Assembly: GCA_902826215.1 (NCBI GenBank)
Contig: CADEDY010000007.1
Span: forward strand, 23,045-87,044
Length of the DNA: 64,000 nucleotides
Origin: an uncultured Bacteroidota bacterium
Lineage (GTDB): Bacteria; Bacteroidota; Bacteroidia; Flavobacteriales_F; PHOS-HE28
Direction: 5' to 3'
This document shows positions 30,348-39,493 of the stretch, in pieces; the stretch's first letter is position 1, and every line of letters starts with the position of its first letter. The position numbers were made by a program, and so were the translations under genes. The notes beneath the pieces were generated by a model. It did no database searches. It had not been told where the DNA came from and saw only the letters and a list, made by a program, of their open reading frames with translations.

Positions 30348-32080
30348 TCATGAAGCGCAGCCCCCGCACTTCCGACCTGCTCGAACTGGTCATGGGTCTG
30401 GCCATCGTCGGGCTGGTGCTCTTCATCGGCGGCTTCTTGCGGCTGCGCGCGGATCTGACCAACGAGAAGCGCTTCACACTGACCCCAGCAACGCATACCA
30501 TGCTGGAGGAACTTCCGGACGTGGTGTACGTGAAGGTCTACCTCAGTGGCGCATTGCCTGCCGATCTGCAGCGCCTTTCGCAGTCGACGAAGGACCTGTT
30601 GGACGAAATGCGCATAACGCAGCCCGAGAAGCTGCAATACACCTTCATCGACCCGAGCGAAAGCCCGGACGAACAGACGCGCAAGGAGACCTACGATCAG
30701 TTGCAGAAGGATGGCTTGCAATACAGCAGCATCCGGATGCGCGACAAAGGTGCCTTCAGCGAGCGCATCGTATTCCCTGGTGCGCTGGTGACCTACCGGG
30801 GTAAGACCGTTCCCGTGCAGTTGCTCAAGACGCAATTGCGCACGCCGGATGCGGACATCGTGAACCGATCGATCAACAATCTGGAGTACGAATTCGCGAG
30901 TTCCTTCCGGCAGGTGACCTCCATGAACAAAGCCAAGATCGCCTTCTTGGAAGGGCATGGAGAGTTGGGCGAGTTGGAAGTGATGGATGTGACGAATGCA
31001 CTGAGCGAGTTGTATGACGTGACACGCGTGCGGATCGATGAACGGATCGATGCGCTGAGCCACAAGGTGGAAGGTGTCGCCTACCGCGTGAACGACTTCG
31101 ATGCGTTGATCATCGCCAAGCCCGACAGTGCGTTCCCGGATCGGGATCGGTATGTGATCGATCAATTCATCATGAACGGCGGTAAGGTGATGTGGCTGGT
31201 GGATGCCATGAACGCCAACCTCGATAGCCTGCGGAAGAACCAGTTCTCCATCGCGGTGCCGAACAACACCGGACTCGATGATGTCCTGTTCGCATATGGC
31301 GTCCGGATCAACAAGGACCTGGTGCTCGATCGCAGTTGCGCGCCGATCGAACTTTACACGCAACCGTACGGCAACCAGCGGAAACTGGAGCGCTTCCCGT
31401 GGTACTGGGAACCCGTGCTCATCCCCGAAAGCACGCACCCCATCGTCAGCAACATCGACCCGGTGCATCTTCGTTTCGCGAGCAATTTGGATACCGTGGG
31501 AGCCGAGGGGATCACAAAGACGATCCTGCTCACGAGTTCACCTGCTTCCTTGGCACAGCGCAGCCCGGTGCGCATCAGCTTGAACGTGGTGGAAATGGCC
31601 CCGCCTTTCGATCGACAAAGCACCCCATACATGCCCATGGCCGTGCTGTTGGAAGGCTCTTTCACCTCCGCCTTCATCGACCTCTTGCCACCGAACTTCA
31701 CCAAGGACCCGACCGTAGCCTACCGCGAGCATGGGAAACGCACGTCGCAGATCGTGGTGGGAGATGGCGATGTGATCGGCAACCGGATCGACGCTAGTAA
31801 GGGGATGTACTACACCCTTGGTTTCGATCGCTACGCGAATGCCAAGATCTATGGTAACCGCGAGTTCCTGATCAATGCCATGAACTACTTGCTCGACGAC
31901 CAGAGCCTCATCAGCATCCGTTCCCGTGCGATCACGCTCCGGCAGTTGGATCCCGAGCGCATCGTGGACGATCGTGCTTGGTGGCAGGTGATGAATACGG
32001 CGCTCCCGGTGCTCTTCGCTGTGCTACTGGGTATGCTGTACCAGTATTTCCGCCGACGCAAAGCGACCCGTACCTCATGA
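30344..32080 (+). CDS. gldG: Gliding-associated ABC transporter accessory protein GldG
   Basis: 578 aa. N- and C-terminal TM anchors. ..LTNEKRFTLTPATHTMLEELPDVVYVKVYLSG.. is typical of GldG. Confidence 0.85.
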   Translation: MIMKRSPRTSDLLELVMGLAIVGLVLFIGGFLRLRADLTNEKRFTLTPATHTMLEELPDVVYVKVYLSGALPADLQRLSQSTKDLLDEMRITQPEKLQYTFIDPSESPDEQTRKETYDQLQKDGLQYSSIRMRDKGAFSERIVFPGALVTYRGKTVPVQLLKTQLRTPDADIVNRSINNLEYEFASSFRQVTSMNKAKIAFLEGHGELGELEVMDVTNALSELYDVTRVRIDERIDALSHKVEGVAYRVNDFDALIIAKPDSAFPDRDRYVIDQFIMNGGKVMWLVDAMNANLDSLRKNQFSIAVPNNTGLDDVLFAYGVRINKDLVLDRSCAPIELYTQPYGNQRKLERFPWYWEPVLIPESTHPIVSNIDPVHLRFASNLDTVGAEGITKTILLTSSPASLAQRSPVRISLNVVEMAPPFDRQSTPYMPMAVLLEGSFTSAFIDLLPPNFTKDPTVAYREHGKRTSQIVVGDGDVIGNRIDASKGMYYTLGFDRYANAKIYGNREFLINAMNYLLDDQSLISIRSRAITLRQLDPERIVDDRAWWQVMNTALPVLFAVLLGMLYQYFRRRKATRTS

Positions 32081-33087
32081 ACCGAAGAACCACTCTTCTT
32101 CTCCTCCTCCTTGTTCTCGGCGCCGTGGCCTGGTGGCTCTGGCGTGGCTCTGCTCCCACCACATTGGATCGTCCGCTCAGCGACTTCGCCATTCCCGATA
32201 CCAGCCGCGTGACCCGCATCTTCATCACCGATCAGAAAGGAGCCACCATCGACCTGCGACGCGCACCCGGTGGATGGAGCTTGAACGAGGTATTCAAGGC
32301 CAAGCCTGCCGATGTGAACTTGTTGCTGCGGACCTTCAAGCGCGTTGAGGTGAAAAGCCCGGTGCCGAAAGCCGCCGAGGCGAACACGCTACGGGTGATG
32401 GGTGCTGCCGCCAAGAAGGTGGAGATCTATGAGGGCGGAGACGTGCCTAGCAAGATCTGGATCGTGGGGCACGGAACCCAGGACCACTTTGGCACATATA
32501 TGTTGCTGGAAAAGCCCGGCGAAGGTCGAAGCAACGCTCCTTTCATCGTTGGCATGGGCGGCTTCACGGGTATCCTCGGCAATCGGTTCCATACCAAAGT
32601 GGACGATTGGCGAAGCACCGAACTCTATCGTTTCCGCGACTTCCGGGATCTGGCTGAAGTGAAGTTGGAAACCCCACTGGCCCCGGCCAATTCGTACACC
32701 GTGAAACAGGATCCGGATGGACGCATCTCGCTCTTCGACTACGAAGGACGTCCTTACCCCTTCGATACCGTGCTCGTTACCGGCGCCATCCTTCCGTTGC
32801 AGGAGATCAACTTCGAATCCATCCTGCGTCCGCCCGCATTCCGGCGGGATTCACTGATCCGCAGCACACCGAACCACATCCTCACACTTACTCACCGGGA
32901 CGGTACCACGGAACGTGCCCGATTCTGGTACCAGCCCTATCGCGGTGAGGAACCGGCCTTCGGACAAGCGAAGCCGTTATTCGATGCCATCCACATGGAC
33001 GCCATCGTGGAGGACACCTTGTTGGTGGTGATCCAGCGCCCGGCCTTGGACCGGATTCTGCAACCCATAAGCGGTTTCCGGCCTTGA
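32077..33087 (+). CDS. DUF4340-like protein that usually follows gldG
   Basis: 336 aa from the internal ATG (ATGA overlap with the gldG stop). N-terminal TM anchor MNRRTTLLLLLLVLGAVAWWLW. Confidence 0.65.
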   Translation: MNRRTTLLLLLLVLGAVAWWLWRGSAPTTLDRPLSDFAIPDTSRVTRIFITDQKGATIDLRRAPGGWSLNEVFKAKPADVNLLLRTFKRVEVKSPVPKAAEANTLRVMGAAAKKVEIYEGGDVPSKIWIVGHGTQDHFGTYMLLEKPGEGRSNAPFIVGMGGFTGILGNRFHTKVDDWRSTELYRFRDFRDLAEVKLETPLAPANSYTVKQDPDGRISLFDYEGRPYPFDTVLVTGAILPLQEINFESILRPPAFRRDSLIRSTPNHILTLTHRDGTTERARFWYQPYRGEEPAFGQAKPLFDAIHMDAIVEDTLLVVIQRPALDRILQPISGFRP

Positions 33088-33102
33088 TCGACGGCTTCGG
33101 GC

Positions 33103-33131
33103 TGTGGATAAACCGCCTATCGTGTTGATAA
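33103..33131. promoter_or_regulatory. Two DnaA boxes upstream of dnaN
   Basis: TGTGGATAA at 33103-33111 is the perfect reverse complement of TTATCCACA. TGTTGATAA at 33123-33131 matches 8/9. Same orientation, 20 nt apart. Confidence 0.55.
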
Positions 33132-33160
33132 GTGTACCGGTGCCCGCCAAGGTGCCCGGC

Positions 33161-33168
33161 TAACTTTG
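33161..33168 (+). promoter_or_regulatory. Bacteroidetes-type -7 promoter element for dnaN
   Basis: TAACTTTG matches TAnnTTTG 8/8, 30 nt upstream of the dnaN ATG. Confidence 0.45.
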
Positions 33169-33197
33169 CCCGACTTCAAAAAAGACCTACAGCCCCG

Positions 33198-34319
33198 ATG
33201 AAATTCATCGTATCAAGCACCGCCCTTCTCAAACAACTGCAACTGCTCCAAGGGGTGCTCGCCAGCAGCAACACACTTCCCATCCTGGACAATTTCCTGT
33301 TCGACATCGATGGCAAGCAATTGACCTTGACCGCCAGCGACCTCGAGACCACCATCACGGCCTCGTTGCCCGTGGAAGCCAAGGACAAAGGAAGCGTTGC
33401 TATCCCTGCACGCCTCTTGCTCGACACATTGAAAGCTTTCCCCGAGCAGCCGCTCACCTTCAGCGTAGATAGCAAGCATTTCGGGGTGGAGATCAACAGC
33501 GATCAGGGCAAGTACAAGATGACGGGCTTCAATGGCGCTGAATTCCCGCGCAGCCCGGTCCTGGAGGATGCGACCAAATTGGAGATCCCTGCTGGCACCT
33601 TGGCCATGGCGATCAACAAGACCATCTTCGCCACGGGCAATGACGACCTGCGCCCGGTGATGAGCGGCATCTTCTTCGAACTCACGCCGGAAGATGTCCG
33701 CTTCGTGGCCACCGATGCCCACAAATTGGTCCGTTACAAGCGCACGGACCTTCAAGCTCCGAAGTCCGCGTCCTTCATCGTGCCCAAGAAACCGCTGAAC
33801 CTGCTGAAGAACACCTTGGCTGGCACAAACGCAGAAGTGACGGTGGAATTCAACGAGAACAACGCCGCTTTCCGATTCGACAACACCGTGCTGGTTTGCC
33901 GACTGATCGACGGGAAGTACCCGAACTACGAAGCGGTGATCCCGAAGACGAACCCGAACAAGTTGACCATCGATCGGCAAACCTTCCTCAGCTCGATCCG
34001 TCGTGTGGCCATCTTCGCGAACAAGACCACCCACCAAGTGCGGCTGCACATCAACGGCAGCCAGCTCGCCATCAGCGCCGAGGATCTGGACTTCGCGAAT
34101 GAAGCCAACGAGAAGCTTACCTGCTCCTACGATGGCGAAGAGATCACCATCGGGTTCAACTCCCGCTTCCTCATGGATATGCTGAACAACATCAGCACGG
34201 AGCATGTGATCCTGGAGATGAGCGCTCCGAACCGCGCTGGCATTCTGCTTCCTGGTGAAGCCGGTGAGGTCGGTGAAGATGTGCTGATGCTCGTGATGCC
34301 TGTGATGTTGAACAACTGA
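33198..34319 (+). CDS. dnaN: DNA polymerase III beta sliding clamp
   Basis: 373 aa from the internal ATG. MKFIVSSTALLKQLQLLQGVL... and three-domain length. Confidence 0.95.
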   Translation: MKFIVSSTALLKQLQLLQGVLASSNTLPILDNFLFDIDGKQLTLTASDLETTITASLPVEAKDKGSVAIPARLLLDTLKAFPEQPLTFSVDSKHFGVEINSDQGKYKMTGFNGAEFPRSPVLEDATKLEIPAGTLAMAINKTIFATGNDDLRPVMSGIFFELTPEDVRFVATDAHKLVRYKRTDLQAPKSASFIVPKKPLNLLKNTLAGTNAEVTVEFNENNAAFRFDNTVLVCRLIDGKYPNYEAVIPKTNPNKLTIDRQTFLSSIRRVAIFANKTTHQVRLHINGSQLAISAEDLDFANEANEKLTCSYDGEEITIGFNSRFLMDMLNNISTEHVILEMSAPNRAGILLPGEAGEVGEDVLMLVMPVMLNN

Positions 34320-34360
34320 TCCTCGGCACGGGATCAGCAGACCAAGAACAGACCGTGATC

Positions 34361-34798
34361 ATGCGTTACATCCCTCTGGCCATCGTGCTTCTCATGACCT
34401 TGAGCGCACACACCTGCAACAAGAAGACCGCCGAAGCGGCCGGTGGAGTTGAGAAGATGAGTTCCCTTGTGGATACGAAGTGGATGCTGCAGACCTTGAA
34501 GGGGAATGCACTCGAGTTGCCCGCCGGGGCCGAAGTTCCATGGATCGAACTGAAGTCGGCGGACAACTCCATCGAGGGTTTTGGAGGATGCAATCAGTTG
34601 ATGGGGAAGATCCAGATCGATGGTGATAATGTGCTTTTTCCAAGTCTCGGGTCCACCAAGAAGTACTGTGAATCGACCATGAAGTTGGAAACAACCTTCA
34701 TGGGTGTTCTCCGAAAGAGCGATAAGTTCAAACTTTCGGACAACGTGTTGACGTTGCTTTCCGAAGGTTCTCCCGTTGCCACTTTCACCTCCAAGTGA
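34361..34798 (+). CDS. META-domain (HslJ-like) protein
   Basis: 145 aa from the ATG at 34361. ..KWMLQTLKGN...GFGGCNQLMGKIQIDGDNVLF..LGSTKKYC.. is the META/DUF306 pattern. Confidence 0.75.
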   Translation: MRYIPLAIVLLMTLSAHTCNKKTAEAAGGVEKMSSLVDTKWMLQTLKGNALELPAGAEVPWIELKSADNSIEGFGGCNQLMGKIQIDGDNVLFPSLGSTKKYCESTMKLETTFMGVLRKSDKFKLSDNVLTLLSEGSPVATFTSK

Positions 34799-34816
34799 CG
34801 CTGTTCTTCTGACAAG

Positions 34817-34848
34817 GTCCCGTCAGCCGAAAGGTGGACGGGACTTTT
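34817..34848 (+). terminator. Rho-independent terminator of the META-domain gene
   Basis: GTCCCGTC-agccgaaaggtg-GACGGGAC followed by TTTT. Perfect 8-bp stem. Overlaps the last codons of the convergent rhomboid gene. Confidence 0.55.
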
Positions 34849-35593
34849 CGTTCGGTGTTGTCCTCACGCTCCAGGTGTCTGTGGAATTCCAAGATGGAGC
34901 ACTAGGCGTTGCCGCAGGCATCTCTTGAACCGGTTCGGCCGGATCAGGTTCTTGGTCATCGTCGTCCTCCCAAACTATCGGCCGAGGTTCACGTACCGCT
35001 GATTCCTCCTTGCGGTACAGAAATGCCATGGCCACCCCTGCCGCTGCCCCCCAGAAGTGGCTCTCCCAGCTTATCCGCGGGATGATCGGGAACATGCCCC
35101 ACAACAGTCCACCATAAAGGAACACGACCAATAGGGAAAGGCCCATCTGCGTTCGTTGTTTCCGCAGCAGACCGCTGGTGAAGAGGAAGGCCGCAAGGCC
35201 ATAAACCACGCCACTGGCACCTATGTGGTAATTGCCGCGCGCACTCAACCATACCCAGAAACCGCTCACTATCCACGACCCGAAGAACACCCTAAATGTC
35301 AATTGCGGGAAGAAGTACTGCAGCGCCCAGCCCAGTACCAGCAAAGGGATCGAGTTGTTGAGCAAATGCTCGAAATCCCCGTGGATCAGCGGTGAAGTGA
35401 AAATTCCGAGCAACCCTTTCAGTTCGCGCGGCAGAATTCCGAAGCGATACAACCCCAGTTCAAAGGTCAGATCCAAGAAGTAGATGCACCAGAGCATCAA
35501 CACCAATGCCGCAGCAGGCACAGCGGCGACGGCCAAATTCCGTTCACGGACCGGTTGTTCGGATGGAACTTGCTGAATGACCGGCTCGTGCAT
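34823..35593 (-). CDS. Rhomboid family intramembrane serine protease
   Basis: 256 aa from the internal ATG at 35593. HGDFEHLLNN and the catalytic GASGVVYG motif. Multiple TM helices. Confidence 0.8.
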   Translation of the reverse strand: MHEPVIQQVPSEQPVRERNLAVAAVPAAALVLMLWCIYFLDLTFELGLYRFGILPRELKGLLGIFTSPLIHGDFEHLLNNSIPLLVLGWALQYFFPQLTFRVFFGSWIVSGFWVWLSARGNYHIGASGVVYGLAAFLFTSGLLRKQRTQMGLSLLVVFLYGGLLWGMFPIIPRISWESHFWGAAAGVAMAFLYRKEESAVREPRPIVWEDDDDQEPDPAEPVQEMPAATPSAPSWNSTDTWSVRTTPNEKSRPPFG

Positions 35594-35669
35594 CTTCGTG
35601 GAACAGACAAAGATCGGACCTGCATCGTGGCACAGCCATTGTGTCAGGCAAGGTCGATACCTTTCCGCC

Positions 35670-36125
35670 ATGAACGCCAAGTATTCCTTCGTTTTGCTGT
35701 TGATCACTGCGCTGGTCGGCTGTTTCGCCAAACAAGCGGAGAAGCCCACGCCGGCGGAAGTCGGAACACCTGTTCAAGAGCTGACTCCACCCAGCGAACT
35801 CGCGCTTATGATGCGGGCCATGGCTGCCCACGCGGATAGTGCAAAGGCGCACATTGCTCGCAACGAAGACCTTCCACCGTTCCCCGAACAATTCGCAGGA
35901 CTGATGACCGCAACCCCAACGGTCGGCATGCACATCGATCCGATCACCTTCCCCACTTTCGCCAAGGACTACCGAACGAAATTGGACAACCTGTACAAGG
36001 TGAAGAAAGGTGAACGCACGACGGCTTACAATGCATTGGTGCAGAGTTGCGCGAATTGCCACGGATCCCACTGTCCAGGGCCGTTGATGCGGATCAAGAA
36101 GATGTACGTGAGTGCTCCGAAATGA
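35670..36125 (+). CDS. Small lipoprotein with a single c-type haem-binding motif
   Basis: 151 aa from the internal ATG. Lipobox LITALVGC. CANCHG (CxxCH) near the C-terminus. Confidence 0.55.
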   Translation: MNAKYSFVLLLITALVGCFAKQAEKPTPAEVGTPVQELTPPSELALMMRAMAAHADSAKAHIARNEDLPPFPEQFAGLMTATPTVGMHIDPITFPTFAKDYRTKLDNLYKVKKGERTTAYNALVQSCANCHGSHCPGPLMRIKKMYVSAPK

Positions 36126-36237
36126 GCCGCTCACGTGCGTTGCCTTCGTTACCAACTCCGCGAGTTTCCCATTCCATCGCTGCTTCTTCCCGTTTCGTCA
36201 GGTAACTTGGCCGTTCCGAAGCGAATGATGCCACCCT

Positions 36238-37230
36238 ATGGGCGTAGCATCCGTCTTTCACGAAATGGAACGTGCACTCCCCAAGGTCGATCGAACGAGC
36301 GTGGACAGCGGAAAGCCTTGTTCAGCAGTTCAGGCCTCGGTCCTAAAAGCGTTGGCATACTTCGATAATTTCCAACATCCTTTAAGGGTGGATGAGATCG
36401 TCCGATTCGGTTCCTCCGTACTGCTCTGCCCGACGATGGTCAGGGACGCGTTGGAAGATCTCCGCAAGAAGAGCGTTGTCTACGAGTGCGACGGGTTCTG
36501 GGGATTAACGAAGGTCAAGGAGGCTGTTTCCATTCGACGTTCAGCTGAAGACCGGGCTGAAGCGCGGATGCCGAAGGCGCTGAAAATGTCACGACGTATC
36601 GGACGTTTTCCCTTTGTTCGAGCGGTCTTCATCAGCGGGAGCATGAGCAAAGGCTGCCTGGCACCCGATGGAGACATCGACTTCTTCGTGATCACGACGC
36701 CAGGTCGGCTTTGGGTGGCCCGTACCATGCTCATCCTTTACAAGAAGGTCTTCTTGCTGAACAGCCGAAAGGATTTCTGCGTGAATTACTTCATCGACAC
36801 GGATCATCTGACCATCGAAGACCGTAATCGATTCACGGCGACAGAAGTGATCACTCTGATGCCCATGTACGGGAACGGAACCACCGAAGCCTTCTTCCAG
36901 CGCAATGCTTGGGCTTTTCGAATGCACCCTGGAGCCTCCGCACCCCGAAGTCGTGAGGTCCTCATCGGCAAAGGCTCGACCAAAGGGATCCTGGAGCGAT
37001 TGCTGTCCGGAAGGATCGGCGAGCGATTGGATGGCCTCTTCATGGAACTCACATGGCGCAGGTGGAAGCGGAAATTCGATGACCTCGACGCCCGCTCGTT
37101 CGAATTGGCACTGCGCACGCGGACCTACGTTAGCAAGCATCATCCGCGCAACTTCCAGAAACGCGTCCTCGATGGATACCAGCAAAGGATCCACACACTT
37201 GAAAAGTCGATCGGCGCGCCATTGACCTGA
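36238..37230 (+). CDS. wHTH-like N-terminal domain plus a polymerase-beta-fold nucleotidyltransferase-like domain
   Basis: 330 aa. ISGSMSKGCLAPDGDIDFFVIT fits the G-S-x(n)-D-x-D pattern. N-terminal VLKALAYFDNFQHPLRVDEIV looks like a winged helix. First gene of a coupled four-gene cassette. Confidence 0.6.
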   Translation: MGVASVFHEMERALPKVDRTSVDSGKPCSAVQASVLKALAYFDNFQHPLRVDEIVRFGSSVLLCPTMVRDALEDLRKKSVVYECDGFWGLTKVKEAVSIRRSAEDRAEARMPKALKMSRRIGRFPFVRAVFISGSMSKGCLAPDGDIDFFVITTPGRLWVARTMLILYKKVFLLNSRKDFCVNYFIDTDHLTIEDRNRFTATEVITLMPMYGNGTTEAFFQRNAWAFRMHPGASAPRSREVLIGKGSTKGILERLLSGRIGERLDGLFMELTWRRWKRKFDDLDARSFELALRTRTYVSKHHPRNFQKRVLDGYQQRIHTLEKSIGAPLT

Positions 37231-37232
37231 TC

Positions 37233-38681
37233 ATGGCACGCATTCTCGTCAGTCACAGCTATTTCTATCGGCTCGACCCCAAACAATGGGACGACGGTCG
37301 CCCCTACCCGCCGCTTGGTACCATTCAAGCCGCTGCCGTTCTCCGAGAGGCTGGACACGAAGTGAAGGTCTTCGATACGGGACTTCGGCACTCGCCTGAA
37401 GAGATCCGCGCAGAGCTGGAGCAATACGAACCGGATGTGCTGGTGCTCTACGACGATGGCTTCAACTACTTGACCAAGATGTGCCTCACCGTGATGCGTG
37501 ATGCGGCACACCGGATGATCGCCTTGGGCAAGGAGGCGGGATGTCAGGTTGCGATCAACAGTTCGGATGCATCAGACCATAGTGAAGCCTATTTGAAGGC
37601 CGGGGCAGACGTTGTCGTTCTTGGTGAAGGTGAGGTTTCGTTGACCGAGGTGATCGATCATTGGTCCAAGAACGAAGGGGTCGACACGGTCGCGGGGATC
37701 GCCGTATTGAAGAACGGCCTTGTCTCGGTCACCCCGAAACGGCCGGTCCTGCGAGAACTTGACGGTCTTCCTCTCCCCGCTTGGGACCTGATCGATATTC
37801 GACCGTACAAGGCGATCTGGCAGCGCAGCCAAGGGTTCTTCTCCTTGAACATGGCCACCACGCGAGGCTGTCCATTCAAGTGCAATTGGTGTGCGAAACC
37901 GATCTATGGCAACCGGTACAACAGCCGATCACCGGAGCATGTGGCCGATGAGTTGCAACTGCTCCAAACAGGATCCGGCCCCGATCATATTTGGTTCGCT
38001 GATGACATCTTCGGATTGAAACCGGGATGGGTACAGCGCTTCGCCGAAGTGCTGAAGAAACGTGGCATGCGCGTGCGATACAAGATCCAAAGTCGGGTGG
38101 ACCTTCTGCTCGAAAGTGATACGATCGATGCGCTCGTTGCATCCGGTCTTGAAGAGGTGTGGGTCGGTGCCGAGAGCGGAAGCCAACGGATATTGGATGC
38201 CATGGACAAGGGCACTACGGTGGAACAGATCGTCAAAGCCACGCGACTACTGCGTTCGAAAGGGGTTCGCGTGTGCTTCTTCCTGCAATTCGGCTACATG
38301 GATGAATCGGAAGCCGAAGTCGAACAGACCATCCGGATGGTGGAAGACCTCTTGCCCGACGACATCGGGGTTTCCATCTCCTACCCGCTTCCCGGCACGG
38401 TGTTCCATGAAAAGGTGAAGGCGGACCTGGTCGACAAGGCGAATTGGACGGACAGTGACGATCTGGCCATGATGTTCCGCAATCGACAGAAACCGGCCTA
38501 CTACAAACGGTTGCACCGCTACGTGCATAAGCGCTATCGTCGAGCACAAGCACTTGCCGCTTTGCGTGGTGAGGCGCACAACAAAGGCAAAAGCACACTG
38601 GAGCGCTCCCTATCAGCTATGTACTATGTGCCTGCCACGATCGTCGAGCGCTACCGACTTCAACGGTCGGCCAACGGATGA
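37233..38681 (+). CDS. B12-binding-domain radical SAM enzyme (class B)
   Basis: 482 aa. N-terminal Rossmann-like cobalamin domain (ILVSHSYFYRLDPKQ...PPLGTIQAAAVLREAGHEVKVFD). TTRGCPFKCNWCAKP is the CX3CX2C cluster motif. Confidence 0.9.
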   Translation: MARILVSHSYFYRLDPKQWDDGRPYPPLGTIQAAAVLREAGHEVKVFDTGLRHSPEEIRAELEQYEPDVLVLYDDGFNYLTKMCLTVMRDAAHRMIALGKEAGCQVAINSSDASDHSEAYLKAGADVVVLGEGEVSLTEVIDHWSKNEGVDTVAGIAVLKNGLVSVTPKRPVLRELDGLPLPAWDLIDIRPYKAIWQRSQGFFSLNMATTRGCPFKCNWCAKPIYGNRYNSRSPEHVADELQLLQTGSGPDHIWFADDIFGLKPGWVQRFAEVLKKRGMRVRYKIQSRVDLLLESDTIDALVASGLEEVWVGAESGSQRILDAMDKGTTVEQIVKATRLLRSKGVRVCFFLQFGYMDESEAEVEQTIRMVEDLLPDDIGVSISYPLPGTVFHEKVKADLVDKANWTDSDDLAMMFRNRQKPAYYKRLHRYVHKRYRRAQALAALRGEAHNKGKSTLERSLSAMYYVPATIVERYRLQRSANG

Positions 38682-39493
38682 GCAACGCTTCAATGGCCTT
38701 GGACGTGGGTACCGCCTCTTCCGCATTCTCGAAGCAATCCGTTGTATTCGATGACATCGATGCGGCGAACCCACTGATCGGTTGGGTGCGTGAACGGGTC
38801 AGAGCGCAAGCATTGCGGGAAATGGAACCGGGTGACACGCTGCTGGAACTGAATGCTGGTACTGGTATCGACAGTGCCTACTTCGCTGCCCAAGGACTCC
38901 GCGTTCTTGCAACCGATGCGGCTGAAGGCATGATCAGCGAACAGGTTTCGAAACAAAGTGATCAAGGATCACCGAAGTGGGAGACCAAGCTGCTGTCCTT
39001 CCACGACCTGGACAAGCTCGGTGAACGGCGCTTCCAGCATGTCTTCAGCAATTTCGGTGGATTGAACTGCACCGATCGATTGGATCTTGTACTTCATGGA
39101 GTCGACCGCGTGCTGCTTCCCGGAGGCACGTGTACGTTGGTGATCATGCCGCGCTTCAGCCCATGGGAACTGGCCGCCATGCTGAAATTGAACTTCACCT
39201 TCGCTTTGCGGCGTTGGCGCAGAAAAGGCACGGTCGCGCACGTGGAAGGCATTCCATTCCTGTGCCACTATTACGGTCCCGGATATGTTCGCCGCAACTT
39301 GGGCGATCGTTTCACCGTTCTGGATCAGCGCGCGCTTTCCCTCGTTGTTCCGCCTCCGCATCACGAGACATTCCCTTTGAAATGGCCGCGCCTGTTCCGG
39401 TTTCTTGAGCGGATCGAGGACGGCTTGGCGCATCTTCCCGTACTTCGCAACTGGGGCGACCACTTCGTGATCACCTTGCGAAAGAACACGTGA
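38678..39493 (+). CDS. Class I SAM-dependent methyltransferase
   Basis: 271 aa. Motif I LLELNAGTGIDS and acidic loop VLATD. ATGA overlap with the radical SAM gene. Confidence 0.8.
   Translation: MSNASMALDVGTASSAFSKQSVVFDDIDAANPLIGWVRERVRAQALREMEPGDTLLELNAGTGIDSAYFAAQGLRVLATDAAEGMISEQVSKQSDQGSPKWETKLLSFHDLDKLGERRFQHVFSNFGGLNCTDRLDLVLHGVDRVLLPGGTCTLVIMPRFSPWELAAMLKLNFTFALRRWRRKGTVAHVEGIPFLCHYYGPGYVRRNLGDRFTVLDQRALSLVVPPPHHETFPLKWPRLFRFLERIEDGLAHLPVLRNWGDHFVITLRKNT

Noticed and set aside
30065-31468. 467-aa minus-strand ORF
   Set aside because: It is antisense to gldG and has the His/Arg/Val-rich composition of a reverse frame.
36135-36368. 77-aa ORF upstream of and overlapping the radical SAM cassette, considered as a RiPP precursor
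   Set aside because: It has a GTG start, Arg/Ser/Pro-rich low-quality composition and overlaps the start of the nucleotidyltransferase-like gene in another frame. It does not resemble a leader/core peptide.
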